Assembly (NCBI GenBank): GCA_025558095.1
Contig: JAIVFI010000040.1
Span: forward strand, 186,001 to 250,000
From: Hyaloraphidium curvatum SAG 235-1
Taxonomy: Eukaryota > Fungi > Monoblepharomycota
Length of the DNA stretch: 64,000 nt
Direction of reading: 5' to 3'
Shown: piece by piece, positions 12,056 to 22,421 of the stretch
How positions within the stretch are numbered: the stretch's first letter is position 1
Layout of the letters: the number at the start of each line of letters is the position of its first letter
Notes under the pieces: generated by a model
Seen by the model: only the letters and a program-made list of their open reading frames with translations
Databases searched by the model: none
What the model was told of the DNA's origin: nothing
Made by a program: the position numbers and the translations under genes

Positions 12056-12895
12056 TCATTTCCGGGCCTTCTGGGCAGCGACCAGATCCTTCATCGTTAG
12101 CCTGACACGAGGGGTCAGCGAGATCAACCAACAAGATTCGTCGAAGGATTACCTGTAACCCCAGTGTTGCAACAACTGCCTGACGACCGGAGCAATGGTG
12201 TGGTCATCCAAGGCCTGCTGAAGCGACCTGTTCGATCCGACGCCCGCCAGCACTTTGTTTGTCATGTTGTTTCTCCACCGACCCTTGGGCCCGATGACCC
12301 CGTTTCCGCGTCCGATTTGGCGCTCGTCGTCGTCCGACCTTCTTCCCTGATAGAACCTGCAGTACCACTGAAACCACCCGTACGGGTCAATCTCCGTGAT
12401 CCAGCCGCTCGATTCCCACATCTCCAGCGATCCTCCGCACTTGACTTTGTACTTGTTGACGTCGGCAAGATAGTCCGGCGAAGCAACCTGCTTCGCGACG
12501 TTGAGGCCTTCGAGCCAGTCCGCCGGGAGCTCCTTCCACGTGTCCCGGTACGATTGCCCTGTCACGCCCGATTTGATGGGCCGGAAGTACGTCCCGCCGA
12601 AGCTGCCCATCTGTAGCACCTCCTTTGGGGTCAGGTTTGGCCGGAACTCGGGGTGGTCCGCAAACACGAGCTCGCCGTCCGCGTTGCGGGTCGGGAGAGG
12701 TGCGCGTTCGGGGTAGACGGCGATTGGAGCACGCGGGCGTTTCCGGCCTGAGGACGACGGGGCGACGTCCTTCGGCTCTTCGGCAGCATCCGCGAGAGCG
12801 TCCTCATTGTACGAAACCGGCTTCTTGGCGCGTCCCGAGCGCTTCGTCGCTTCCGGGATCTCCGTCGCTTCCTCTTGCTGCTTACGCTTCGGCAT
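12056..12895 (-). CDS. Conserved uncharacterised protein (FRPNLTP...GSFGGTYFR...DPYGWFQWYCRFY family)
   Basis: Conserved aromatic-rich motifs; basic N-terminus MPKRK; one intron after WGY; last exon LTMKDLVAAQKARK*. Confidence 0.8.
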
Positions 12896-13437
12896 CTCTT
12901 TCCGACGACGGGCAAGCACGCGCGGAAGCGAGCCGGCAATGAGGCGAGAGAGTATGGCTGGAAGCTCGAGGCAAGGAACTTTCACGGCGGGATTCGTGGG
13001 AGTTGTTGGAAGTCGGATCGTTTCCCCCCCCCGCGATCGCGATCGGACCGCGAGCTCCCGAGCTCCCGGTGCCTCCGGAGCAAAGCATGGCGAAGCCTCA
13101 TCGGAAACAAACGCTGAAGGATCAAATACAAGAGACAATCACGCTAACGAACGCAATGGGTTCGCGGTGGCTTCTGCTTGACTCCTTGGCTTACGGGTTG
13201 GCATGAGCGTTCTGACTACTAAGCCTGAGTGCGACCCTGGGATCGCGACTAGATTCAAACAGCAGCGTGACGAGCTTTCCAACCTTCGCCATATCCTCCG
13301 CGAGAGTGTTACAAGGGCGCACAAACCAGTGAGTTCGAATAGATTAACGGCTGCGGCCGCAAGTCACAGCCACACTCGCCACGCACCCGGCCCCGCCAAA
13401 AGTCCGTCATCGCTGAGCTGGCCTCGCGGCGCCAGCG

Positions 13438-14751
13438 ATGTTCCACACGACGGCTATCGTCCCCGTAGCGCTTCTTCTCCTCCTGGCCGGAGGTAGGAGC
13501 GGACTCTGTGGCCGTAAACTTTGCACCGCCCTTCATGCCGCGGGCGATCCCCCGGCTGCGTCTTGCCTCCCAGGCCCCGTTGCCGCGACCAATACCCCAC
13601 CGCCGGGTCCTCCTGCGGCGTCAACCGTGTTCCTGGAGCGGGCATGGGCGCAAGATGCCTCACCGGCCCGTGGCCACGACACGAACTGCACATGCGCACC
13701 GGACCCGATCCTGCCCGTGAGCGACGGGACTTCCGGCTTCCCGGGAGCTCTCGGTCTCAGACTCGTCGTGTTCTACAGGACCTTAGTTGCACTTTGTGCC
13801 TCTGCGGAAGCAACCGGCCATTCAGCTATGGTGGCGCAACGGTGAGCGAAGCGCCTGTGACTCGCCCACTGTGAGAAGCACGAGCTGACTTGCTTCCTCC
13901 AAGGTAAACGGCAAATGCGGTGGCCTCTCCAAAGTATGCCCGACGACCCTCCGTTATGCACAAGGCTTCAATGCAAGCTGCGTCTGCGGGCCCGACCCCT
14001 TCCTCCGCGGGCCCCGCTGGGTCATGTGCTACTGCCCAGTACCGAGCGGACCCAGACCCCCGACGCCGCGTCAGTACACCGCTTATCCCGTCGTCAACAA
14101 GACTTCCCCGCTTTTGAACGACTGGGCGCTCTGTAGGGGCCCATACGCCCTGTGCAGCGCAGCAAACTGCACACTCAACTTCGCCGGCAGAGAAAAGAGC
14201 CCGGTCCTCATGGCCGAGTGCGGATGCGTGCTCCCCAATGCGACGAACCTGCTCCCCTCTCGCAGCTACGTGAATCCTATTTACATTCTCGACGAGCGGC
14301 TTAAGAAGGAGTACCGGACCCAGTGCCCAAACTACGGCGCTTCTCCTGGCTGCAGGCTTCCGAACGTGACCAAAGTCTGTCGCGAGATCAACCAGAGGAA
14401 GATCTACGGCGGAGTGTACGACTTTATCTCGACCTATCAAGTCTCTTCTCAGTCGGGAGGATTCAATCAGCGATGTGAAGCTCCACCTGGAGTCCAGGCA
14501 ATGTACGCTCAATGCAGTGAGTGTTGCTGCGTTCGCTCATTCGTCAGGGAGATGAGCACGACTGGCTGACGTACGCGTCAGTGACGGCGGGTTGCATCAG
14601 GAAGCGAGCCTTCGATGGCTCGCCGGTCTCGTGCTATTGCCCGGTCTATCGTGACAGAGTATTCCTCGTCGGGGCACCTGCAGGTGCCGGGAGGCCTCCG
14701 TGCCGGGTGAAGCTGCCATACGTCTTGTCGGGAGTAGGGGTCGGGCAATGA
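13438..14751 (+). CDS. Secreted cysteine-rich protein, multi-exon
   Basis: Signal peptide; repeated C-x-C-x-PDP...C-x-C modules; C-terminal domain WALCRGPYALCSAANC...AECGC...YAQC..AGC...CYCPVY. Confidence 0.7.
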
Positions 14752-14806
14752 GTTTGTCCACGTTGTATCTATATCACGTCTACCAAAGAAATGAGATGGC
14801 ACTGAT

Positions 14807-16120
14807 CTAGGCTCCTTTCCAGTAGCGCACGTCATAGGCGCTCTCCACTACAGGGTAACCGCTCTTCTCCCGTCCCTCGTAGCCGAGGACCAGCATCTTC
14901 CCGCCATGTTTCTTCCCCCCTTCCACGAAACGTGCCGAATACTTGGTCGCGTCCGTTCCCAGTCCCTGCACCTTCACCTTGCCGTCAAACACTGTCGCCC
15001 GCGCCAGGTAGATTTTGGTGTCGCGAACGTGGGCCTTGTTGATCGTGAGTGCCGCCGTGGTGTGACCGACTCCGCGCTCGTCCAGCTCCGTCGTCAAGGC
15101 CTGCGCCGTGTTGAGCATGCCCTGGATCGCCACGATGGCCGCGGCGACGGCCGGAGTGACGTCGACGCCGCCCGGCGTCTTGACTCCCTTCGTAGTGAGG
15201 AACTCAAAGTTCTTCTCGCCGAGATCCCGCCGCAGACGGCGGTGCACCGGATTGTCGGGGTTGTAGGCCCCCAGGGTCCCGATGATGGCGCCGCAAGCGG
15301 CACGGGGCTCACGCCAGCGCGATTCCTGCGCGCGCCCGATGGCGATGGTCCCGTCGTCGTGGTCCATGCGGCCGCAGTGCGTCTTGAGGTCGAGCGCGAC
15401 GAGAACGTACGAGGAGGCATTGCCCCGGTAGATGGCCTTCCGGATCGGCTCGTCAAGCTGGTGGGCGACCGTGACGTGGGCAAGCGTGGCCCCATCGTCG
15501 GTTCCGCCTCCTGTCGGCGAGAAAGCCTCCAGTTTGTATTCTCCGATCTCGCTCAGGGTCGCGAACCGCGAAGCCACGAGGCGCTTGTAGACTGAGGACA
15601 GGATGTGAGTCGCTCATTCCTGCTAGGAAATCCTCGACTGTAGCTCACTGTCGGCCGTATCGCCCTGGTGAATCCGGTCTCCGCATGCCGTCGTTGCGAC
15701 CGTCGTAACAACGCTCGGCATCGTCAAGTCGGCGGCGCAGGCACTGACGTCCGTCGTGTCCCCGATGGAGAACTGGAGCTCATCGTGAAGGATTTGTGCC
15801 CCCGTGCACAAGGCGTATCTATCGGAGACAATCTCTTGCAGGTAGACATCGATCGACGTCTGCTCGCCGCCGAACTGGGCCGGCAGCTGCCAGAACTTCG
15901 CGACGTTCCTGGCGGCAGTGGTGGGGTCGAACTTGTACGGGCTGTCGGCCACGCTGGTCGCAAGGTGCCGCGTACTCCATGGAGCTCCGACCAGCACAGG
16001 GGAGCTAACATTGAAGGTTCCGGGGAGAGAGGGCGCGCGGGAGTCTCCGATGTCGCCCCAAACAGAGCGAGCGAACCTCCGCAGCGCGGGCCGCGACCCG
16101 GCCAGCCTCGCCACGGACAT
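14807..16120 (-). CDS. LCIB/theta-class carbonic anhydrase-like protein with mitochondrial-type presequence
   Basis: Ordered motifs TTACGDRI (C-x-D), KTHCG (H), RAACGAIIG (C) parallel LCIB CRDE / PHI / CACGAL; intron ~15593-15647. Confidence 0.62.
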
Positions 16121-16492
16121 GTTGCCGGGTGGCCGCCGTGGTTCTGCGCGGCGGAGCGCGTGTTACGAGGCGAGGTGACGGCGGACGGCGTTGATTGCGC
16201 GAAGTCCCCGTCAAGCCCTGTCGGGGCTCGGGAACCAGCCGGCCAGCTGGGTTCGGGGGCTTGAACGATCAACACAACCGCCTCTTCGACGGGCGCTTGG
16301 ATGCGACTTTCAGCAGTACAAAGGAGCCGATGAAGAGAAGGACGAGCGAGATGAGAGGTCAAACGAGGTGTACCTGAGTTTGTCGACCATATGTTCGGTT
16401 TACATTGTTCCCGTTGAGCCTCCGTGGCGCAGAGCAATAAACTAGCGGATTAGTGTCATGCATAAGTCAACCATAACCGATAGCGTCTGCCT

Positions 16493-18305
16493 TTAGGCCA
16501 GCATGGCGGCGGCCGCGGCCACGATCGCACCCGCGAAGCCCGCGAGCGAGAACCCGAGCTTGTCCCCGGCCGATGGCCTGCTGCTGGTCGTCGAAACCGT
16601 CGTCGGCACCGCCGTAGTGGTCACCGCCGTGCCCGTCGCCGCGGTGGTCGGCGCGACGGTGGACGTGGGCCGCAGCACCGTGGTGATCGGGTTCCCGTCT
16701 GCGCGCACGGCGATCTTGCCGACGTAGTACTGCGGGTTGCCCGTCCCGGGACGGTTCCCGAACCCGCCGTAGCCGGTGAAGTACCAGATGTCCGCGGGGC
16801 CCTCGCGCCCGCCGGAGCGCAAGATTTCCCAGTTGATGCCCTGCAGCCCCGACACGTTGAGCGGGGCCTGGGCTAGCAGCGCGCCTTGCGTCTCGGGTGT
16901 CAGACTGTAGACAAAGGCCGTGGGAACGCCGACGACGGTGCCGTTGGGAAGCGTCTCGGACGGCGTGCCCAGGAGGAGGAAGTACTCGCCAGACGGGGAA
17001 GCCGACGCCGAGCGAACGGCAAACGAGGGGAGGTCGTCGCCCGACTGCGTCTTGAGTGGTCCCGTGAAGACGGTGCCGAGGGTTGCGGCGTCGAGGATGG
17101 CCAGGGTCGCGTTGCTGCGGCCCACGGCGGTAGACGGGTCGACGATGACGCCGATGCGGGGGGGAAGGGCTGCGTACTGATACGGGAAAGCCGCCAGGGA
17201 GCGGTCCGTGAGGTTGGTGCCGAACTGCGCCTGCGCGAGCCTTTGGCCGGTGTTGCCGTCGTAGCGCAGAGCAAAGAGGTCCGTGACGCCGCCCACGGTG
17301 CTCGGGATGTCGGACGAGATGTTGAGCGGGAAGTTGCTAATGTCGACGGGGTCGCCGAGGAAGACCTGGCCGATGACAAAGACGCCCAGTTGCGTGTCGT
17401 AGAAGAACGCATTGGGGCTCAGGGTGCGCGTGTTGTTGCTGGGCGTGAGCAGCGGCAGCTGGAAGTTGGACTGCCAGATTGCCGTGTCGTTCGTGCCGGC
17501 GCCAGGGACCCGGAGGACCGCCTGGAAGCCCGGCTTGTCGGACCCGAGGTCGCCAGTTTCCTGAATGGGCCGAAGCGTCAGCGGCGACCCAACTCTTTCC
17601 CACGGGATCAATTACTCACAGGTGCGGTGGAGTAGAGCAGGAACCTGTCGGTTCCGGGGCCACTCACGACCCCGAGCAGGGTCTGGGAGTCGTACTGCGA
17701 CGTGCTCGCCAGCGTGTAGTCGTCCGTGCTCGCCAGCTTGCCGTCTTGAGAGAACCTCCCGGCGGCGGCGGACCCGTTCATGTTCCTGCCGGCGATCCAC
17801 ATCGGGGTGACGCCGTCGGCGCCGTTGCAGGCGAAGCGGTCGGCGTGCTGGGCGTTGGAGAACCACGAGGACGAGAAGTTTGCGGCCTGGGCGTCGCTCT
17901 TGGCGCGGCCGAGCTGCGCGCCGGTGGCGGGGTCGAACGGCGCGATTTCGATGCGGTACTGGAAGTTACCGGTATCCGCATCGTCTGGAGTGAGAGGGAA
18001 AGAATAGGGGGGAGGGAGAAAGGGAAAGAGAGAGGAACGGGAACGGAAGGCGGTCAGACTCCGTGCCATTCACGCCCAGCGAGACACCCACAGAAGGTCT
18101 GCGCGAACAGCGTCGATGAGCCGTTCGGCCAGCGGCACAGCACGAGGTCGGCGGACTGCGCGGCGGGCTCCTGCGGGCGCGAGACCTCGCCGGGCGTCGC
18201 CCAGACGACGCCGATGGACGGCTCGCCCACGACGCCGGGAAGAGAGCATGCAACCGCGACGGCGCCGGCGGCGTAAAGACCGCGGCGGAACCAGGCTCCA
18301 GGCAT
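16493..18305 (-). CDS. Secreted, probably GPI-anchored beta-rich protein with Thr-rich stalk
   Basis: N-terminal hydrophobic signal, N-glycosylation sites, Thr-rich region, C-terminal hydrophobic tail; at least 2 introns. Confidence 0.72.
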
Positions 18306-18459
18306 CGTCGCGGCCGCGGACGCTGGTGGTGGAAGCGAGCAAATGGCGTTGCGCGGGGCCCTGAAGACTTCTGGGACGTGGGGGCGCGATGCGGCGCAGT
18401 CATCATGGACCAGCAGAGTCGAACGCCTCAAGGCGGACGCCCGAGAGCAATCAGATCTT

Positions 18460-20696
18460 CTATGAGATGATTACCCGAGCTCCTAGAGCACGTATTCTCT
18501 CTACAGCTCTCGCCCTCTCGTCCGCAGATCGGAAAAATGCAGCCTCACAGTGCAGCGTCGTTCTGCCCGCCGATCTGACCATATCGTCCATGTCGCCGCC
18601 CCAAAGAAACTCGATCGCCGGTAGATTCTCAATGACGAGCTCGGGGATCCCTTCGGGAAGGGCGTTTGGTCCGGTGACCACGACCCTCTGGAGTGATTGG
18701 GCGACTTGGGGCGGGATGGACCGCCGCAGGTCCGCGCCGTACCCGCTGATCCGGATCTCGCGAGGGGCAAAATCGCGCCCAAGGCCCCAGATTCGGGTAC
18801 CGGAAGCCTCATGAGCGGTGAGTTCCACGACGTCGAGTTTGGAGGCCAGCCCGGGCAGCTCGCGTAGGAACACGGCCCCGTCCAGCTTCCAGAGGAACCG
18901 CGCTTCCCAGCTGCGCAGAGTGTTTGACCGTGCCAGGGTGCCCAGGACGGAATGCCAGGTCGGAAACCTGTAGTTCTCGAACGGGATTACCGAGCGCACA
19001 ACCACATGTTCGACCGAGGCAGGCAACTCCACGCTGGACCAGTCCCCCGACATGGTCACAGCATCCAGTTTCAGCACCCGCAGCGTGGTTGCGGTCGAAA
19101 GCAGGTCCGCAAAGTAGCGCAGGTGCTTTGCCCGCCGAGCTGATTGGTCTCTGCTCCTCCACTCCATCCTCAAGACATGGGGCGTGCAGAAGGCCACGCA
19201 CGAACGAATCAGGATCAGACACGCGTCGTCAACGTCCTCGAACGTGAACCATACGGAGCGGACGAGCTGGGCGCCGCCAGACTTTAGCACACTCAGGAGG
19301 CGGGCGAGCGCACGGGCGCGTGGAGCTCCGCCGGCCGGAATCCGCAGGTGCCGGAGGAGGAGGGGCGAGCAGAGCGAATGGCACGTCCGGTTCGCGCGCC
19401 TCGCTGGCACCGCTGTGACTCTACACCGGTGCGCGAACGGACAGTGACTCTAAATTGCGCTGCGGAAGTCTGATCCGCGTCCCCGGCGCTGGCTCCCTTG
19501 CTAGCTTTGCCGCGGAGCGGCCCCGCGAGCGCCAGCGAGCCCCGCGTCAGCGGGCACGTTGCCCGCCGCAGGCCCGTTCCCCCGCCGCTATCCTCCCTTG
19601 CTAGCTTCGCGCGGAGCGCGCCGCGGAGCGGCAATCGAGCGGCAGCGAGGCTCACCGGGCGGTGCGGACGTCGGCGGGAAGTGCGGGAGGCGGGCCGGTG
19701 GGCAACGGCGGGGGGGGCGGGGCCGGGACGGGAATGGTAGCTCGGGGTTTCGGACATCGCCCATTTCTCGGCCGCAACGCATCGTACGGGCCCGGACGAC
19801 CCCGGAACGTGACCGCAAGGCTGGCAAGCGCAAGCGCGATGAGGGGTCCGCGTCGGAAGAGGCGGGGTCGGAAGGCGAGGAGGGCAAGCAGGACGGGGCC
19901 GGCGGCGGCAAGAAGGGCAAGTCTCGCAATGGCAAGGGGTCCCGCGGCCGCCGTGGCGACGGCCATGGCCACCAGCACGGCCACCAGCACGGCCTCAGGA
20001 AGCAGGAGTACGCTTTCCGCGGGGCGTGCGCCTGGATCATGCCGCCTGACACGCCGTTTCCTTTCCGCAGGCACCGGAAGTGTCCTGGCAAGTGCTACAA
20101 GCGCCCGGACGGCAAGTGCGTCTGCGACGTGGCATGTGTCTGCAACTGCGAGGAGTGCGACCACCGCTCCGGTGCGTGGCATCGATTCCGCGGCATCGCG
20201 GGCTTTTGCTGACCATGTTGCCGCTGCCCACCCATCCCTTCCGATGCGCCTACTTTGCCCGCGCCACCGGCATGCTGCGACCCATCTGCTTCGACCTCGC
20301 AACCCGCAGAGCTCGAGGTCTTCCCCACTGAGGATCCCAGCTTCCACGGGTTCGACCCGAACGGTCCCTGGCCGGATCCTCCGCCGGGCGGACAGCCCGT
20401 TGCTCCCCGCAACGGCCCTGCTCCCGCTCCTTCGGCGCGCGCCTCTCGCCAGGACCGTTCCCCTTCGCCGGTTTCCGAGCGCGCCGTGACGCCTCGTGCC
20501 GCTCCCCGGGTGCCTCCCCTCCCCGCTGCCGACCCATTCGCTCTTCGCTCGAAGGAGCACCCGGGAAGGTTCAAGCGCTTGCTAGGCACGTTGTCGGCAG
20601 GTGTTCGAGAATTGCGGCGACGATTTCAGGAGGCAGTCCAAGCAGCTCCTGGCCGTCGGCGGTTGGGTCCGGAGGCGGGTCATCGAGGAATGGCAT
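18460..20696 (-). pseudogene. F-box/LRR-like gene interrupted by a 1170-bp insertion (19405-20574)
   Basis: 5' part MPFLDD...LLGLPPEIVAAILEHLPTTCLAS joins in frame to ARRANRTCHSLCSPLLLRHL... when the insert and one copy of the flanking GC are removed. Confidence 0.8.
19493..19620. repeat. Direct repeat CTCCCTTGCTAGCTT..GCGGAGCG, two copies 100 bp apart
   Basis: Copies start at 19493 and 19593. Confidence 0.7.
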
Positions 20697-20698
20697 AA
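19734..20698 (+). CDS. His/Cys-rich, NLS-bearing gene fragment carried in the insertion; reads through into the antisense F-box sequence
   Basis: M|AGKRKRDE...HGHQHGHQHG...|HRKCPGKCYKRPDGKCVCDVACVCNCEECDH..|ELEVFPTEDP...; canonical introns 20008-20070 and 20172-20309. Confidence 0.55.
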
Positions 20699-21026
20699 GA
20701 GGATATCCAGAGCCGCGCGAGCAGCGCCCCTTCTGCCGCGGGGAGCAAGAGGTGTGACGGCGGATGAAATGATCGGACCGCGGCCTCGAGCCCAGGCGTC
20801 TTGGTTTGAGGTGCCGCCCCCATCCGGGCCTTCCCATGCCATCCAACTTTGCTGCGGCGTGATTTTGCTTTGCGAAAGCGCGGGGATAGAGTGCGAGCTC
20901 GAGTCCGTCGTCCCGTGATCTGGTTCGGTTCCCCCTCCCACATCTTACGTTACAGTTTCAGTCTAACTGATCCACTTTCTCTTTCCGTCCGTCCCTTCGC
21001 ATAGAATCATACAGATTGCCTCTGAG

Positions 21027-22223
21027 TCATACGAAAAGCACGTTGCCCTGCGTCTGCCAGAACTTGAGTTCCGGGTACGCGACCGAACCCTTTGGGACCG
21101 GCTTCTGCTTCTCCACGGCGGGATCGCGCACGATCCTGAACTCGCGCACGAGCTTGGCCTCCTCGACGAACTCGGCGATCTTCTCCTCGTTCCCGATGTC
21201 GCAGAAGCACGACCTCAGGATCACGGAGTCGAGCACCTGCGACGCTGCGCCGAGGCCCCGGAGCCACGACGTCCCGATCTTGCGGATCTCGACGGCGGTG
21301 ACGGTCTTGAGGGCGGCGATCGCGTGCCAAAGGGCCGGGTCGGGATCGGCCAGCCCGAAGGATCCGTCGAGGACGATCGAGCGCAGATCCGGGCAGGTCT
21401 CGAGCAGCAGGTGCATGGCCGAGGCGTGCTCCACGGGAACATTGAGGGTGCGGAGGCACGAAGCCAGGCGCGGGAACTTGATCAGCTCCTCGAACGCTGG
21501 CGTGCGCTTGAAGAGGTGCAGCTCATCGAGCCCCGTGAACGCGCGATCGATTCTCTTGAGGACGTGCAATCCGACTTCCTTGGCGCAGTCGAGGATCAGA
21601 TCGAGGCGGCGAACGCCGGTAAAGAGGCCGCGGCGAGGGTGGGCAAAGAAGGTGGACGAACCGCCGATCACGGTCAACGTGACGGCCTTGAGCGACGGCG
21701 AGGCGGTGGCGAGAGCCTTCCACACGGCCGCGGCGAACGCATAATCCCGGATGGTGGCATCGAGCTTGGTGAGGTGCGGGGCGCTCTTGAGCAGGAAAGG
21801 CAGAGGATCCTTGCCGCGCGCGTTCTGGCCGAGAGAGGCGTCGATCGTGAGCAGACGCACGGACCTGCAGCGTTCGGACGTCATGAAATGGGTGATGAAG
21901 CGGCCGGCCGAGTAGCCTTCGTTCGCGTCGGCCTGAGGCACGATGATGATTCCGCCCTTCTGGAACTCGAGGTGCAGATTTCCGACGAGAAGGGGCAGGC
22001 CGAGCTCGAAGAACAAACGGGACGCGAGCATGGTTCTCAGGAGCGTCTTTTTGCAGCCGACCTCGGAGAGTTTCCTCTGTATCTCGAGAATGAGCTCGGG
22101 GAGGAGCGGCGGGACGGGCGTCGGGCGCGCAGGATCGAGCGGCGCGTCCGGCGCGGGCGGCAGCTCCGCGGGCGAAGGCCGGCAGACGATAGGGCTGAGG
22201 GCGGGAGCACTGGCGTCGCTCAT
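21027..22223 (-). CDS. F-box-like/LRR-like lineage-specific protein
   Basis: PPLLPELILEI...TLLRTMLASRLFFELGLPLL followed by LxxLxL-type repeats; long open frame. Confidence 0.75.
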   Translation of the reverse strand: MSDASAPALSPIVCRPSPAELPPAPDAPLDPARPTPVPPLLPELILEIQRKLSEVGCKKTLLRTMLASRLFFELGLPLLVGNLHLEFQKGGIIIVPQADANEGYSAGRFITHFMTSERCRSVRLLTIDASLGQNARGKDPLPFLLKSAPHLTKLDATIRDYAFAAAVWKALATASPSLKAVTLTVIGGSSTFFAHPRRGLFTGVRRLDLILDCAKEVGLHVLKRIDRAFTGLDELHLFKRTPAFEELIKFPRLASCLRTLNVPVEHASAMHLLLETCPDLRSIVLDGSFGLADPDPALWHAIAALKTVTAVEIRKIGTSWLRGLGAASQVLDSVILRSCFCDIGNEEKIAEFVEEAKLVREFRIVRDPAVEKQKPVPKGSVAYPELKFWQTQGNVLFV

Positions 22224-22421
22224 GGTGGTGCGAGGCGCGAGAGGGCCGGGAGGCGGGGAAGGAGAAAATGACCGATGACTCCATCGATCGATTCCACTGG
22301 CTCTTCTACCCCCGAGCGAACTGAACACAATTGCTTCGCAATCTTAAACGGCTATTCGTCATTTTCTCTGACGGACTTGGTCGCACATGGGTGCTTTCGG
22401 GAAGAAGGGGAGGCGGGCCCT

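Noticed and set aside
20550-20576. Insert ends in TTCAA, like an IS200/IS605 right end (possible TnpB/Fanzor relic)
   Set aside because: TTCAA is part of the in-frame codons for RFK of the cargo gene; no TnpB, Y1 transposase or convincing omega-RNA structure is visible
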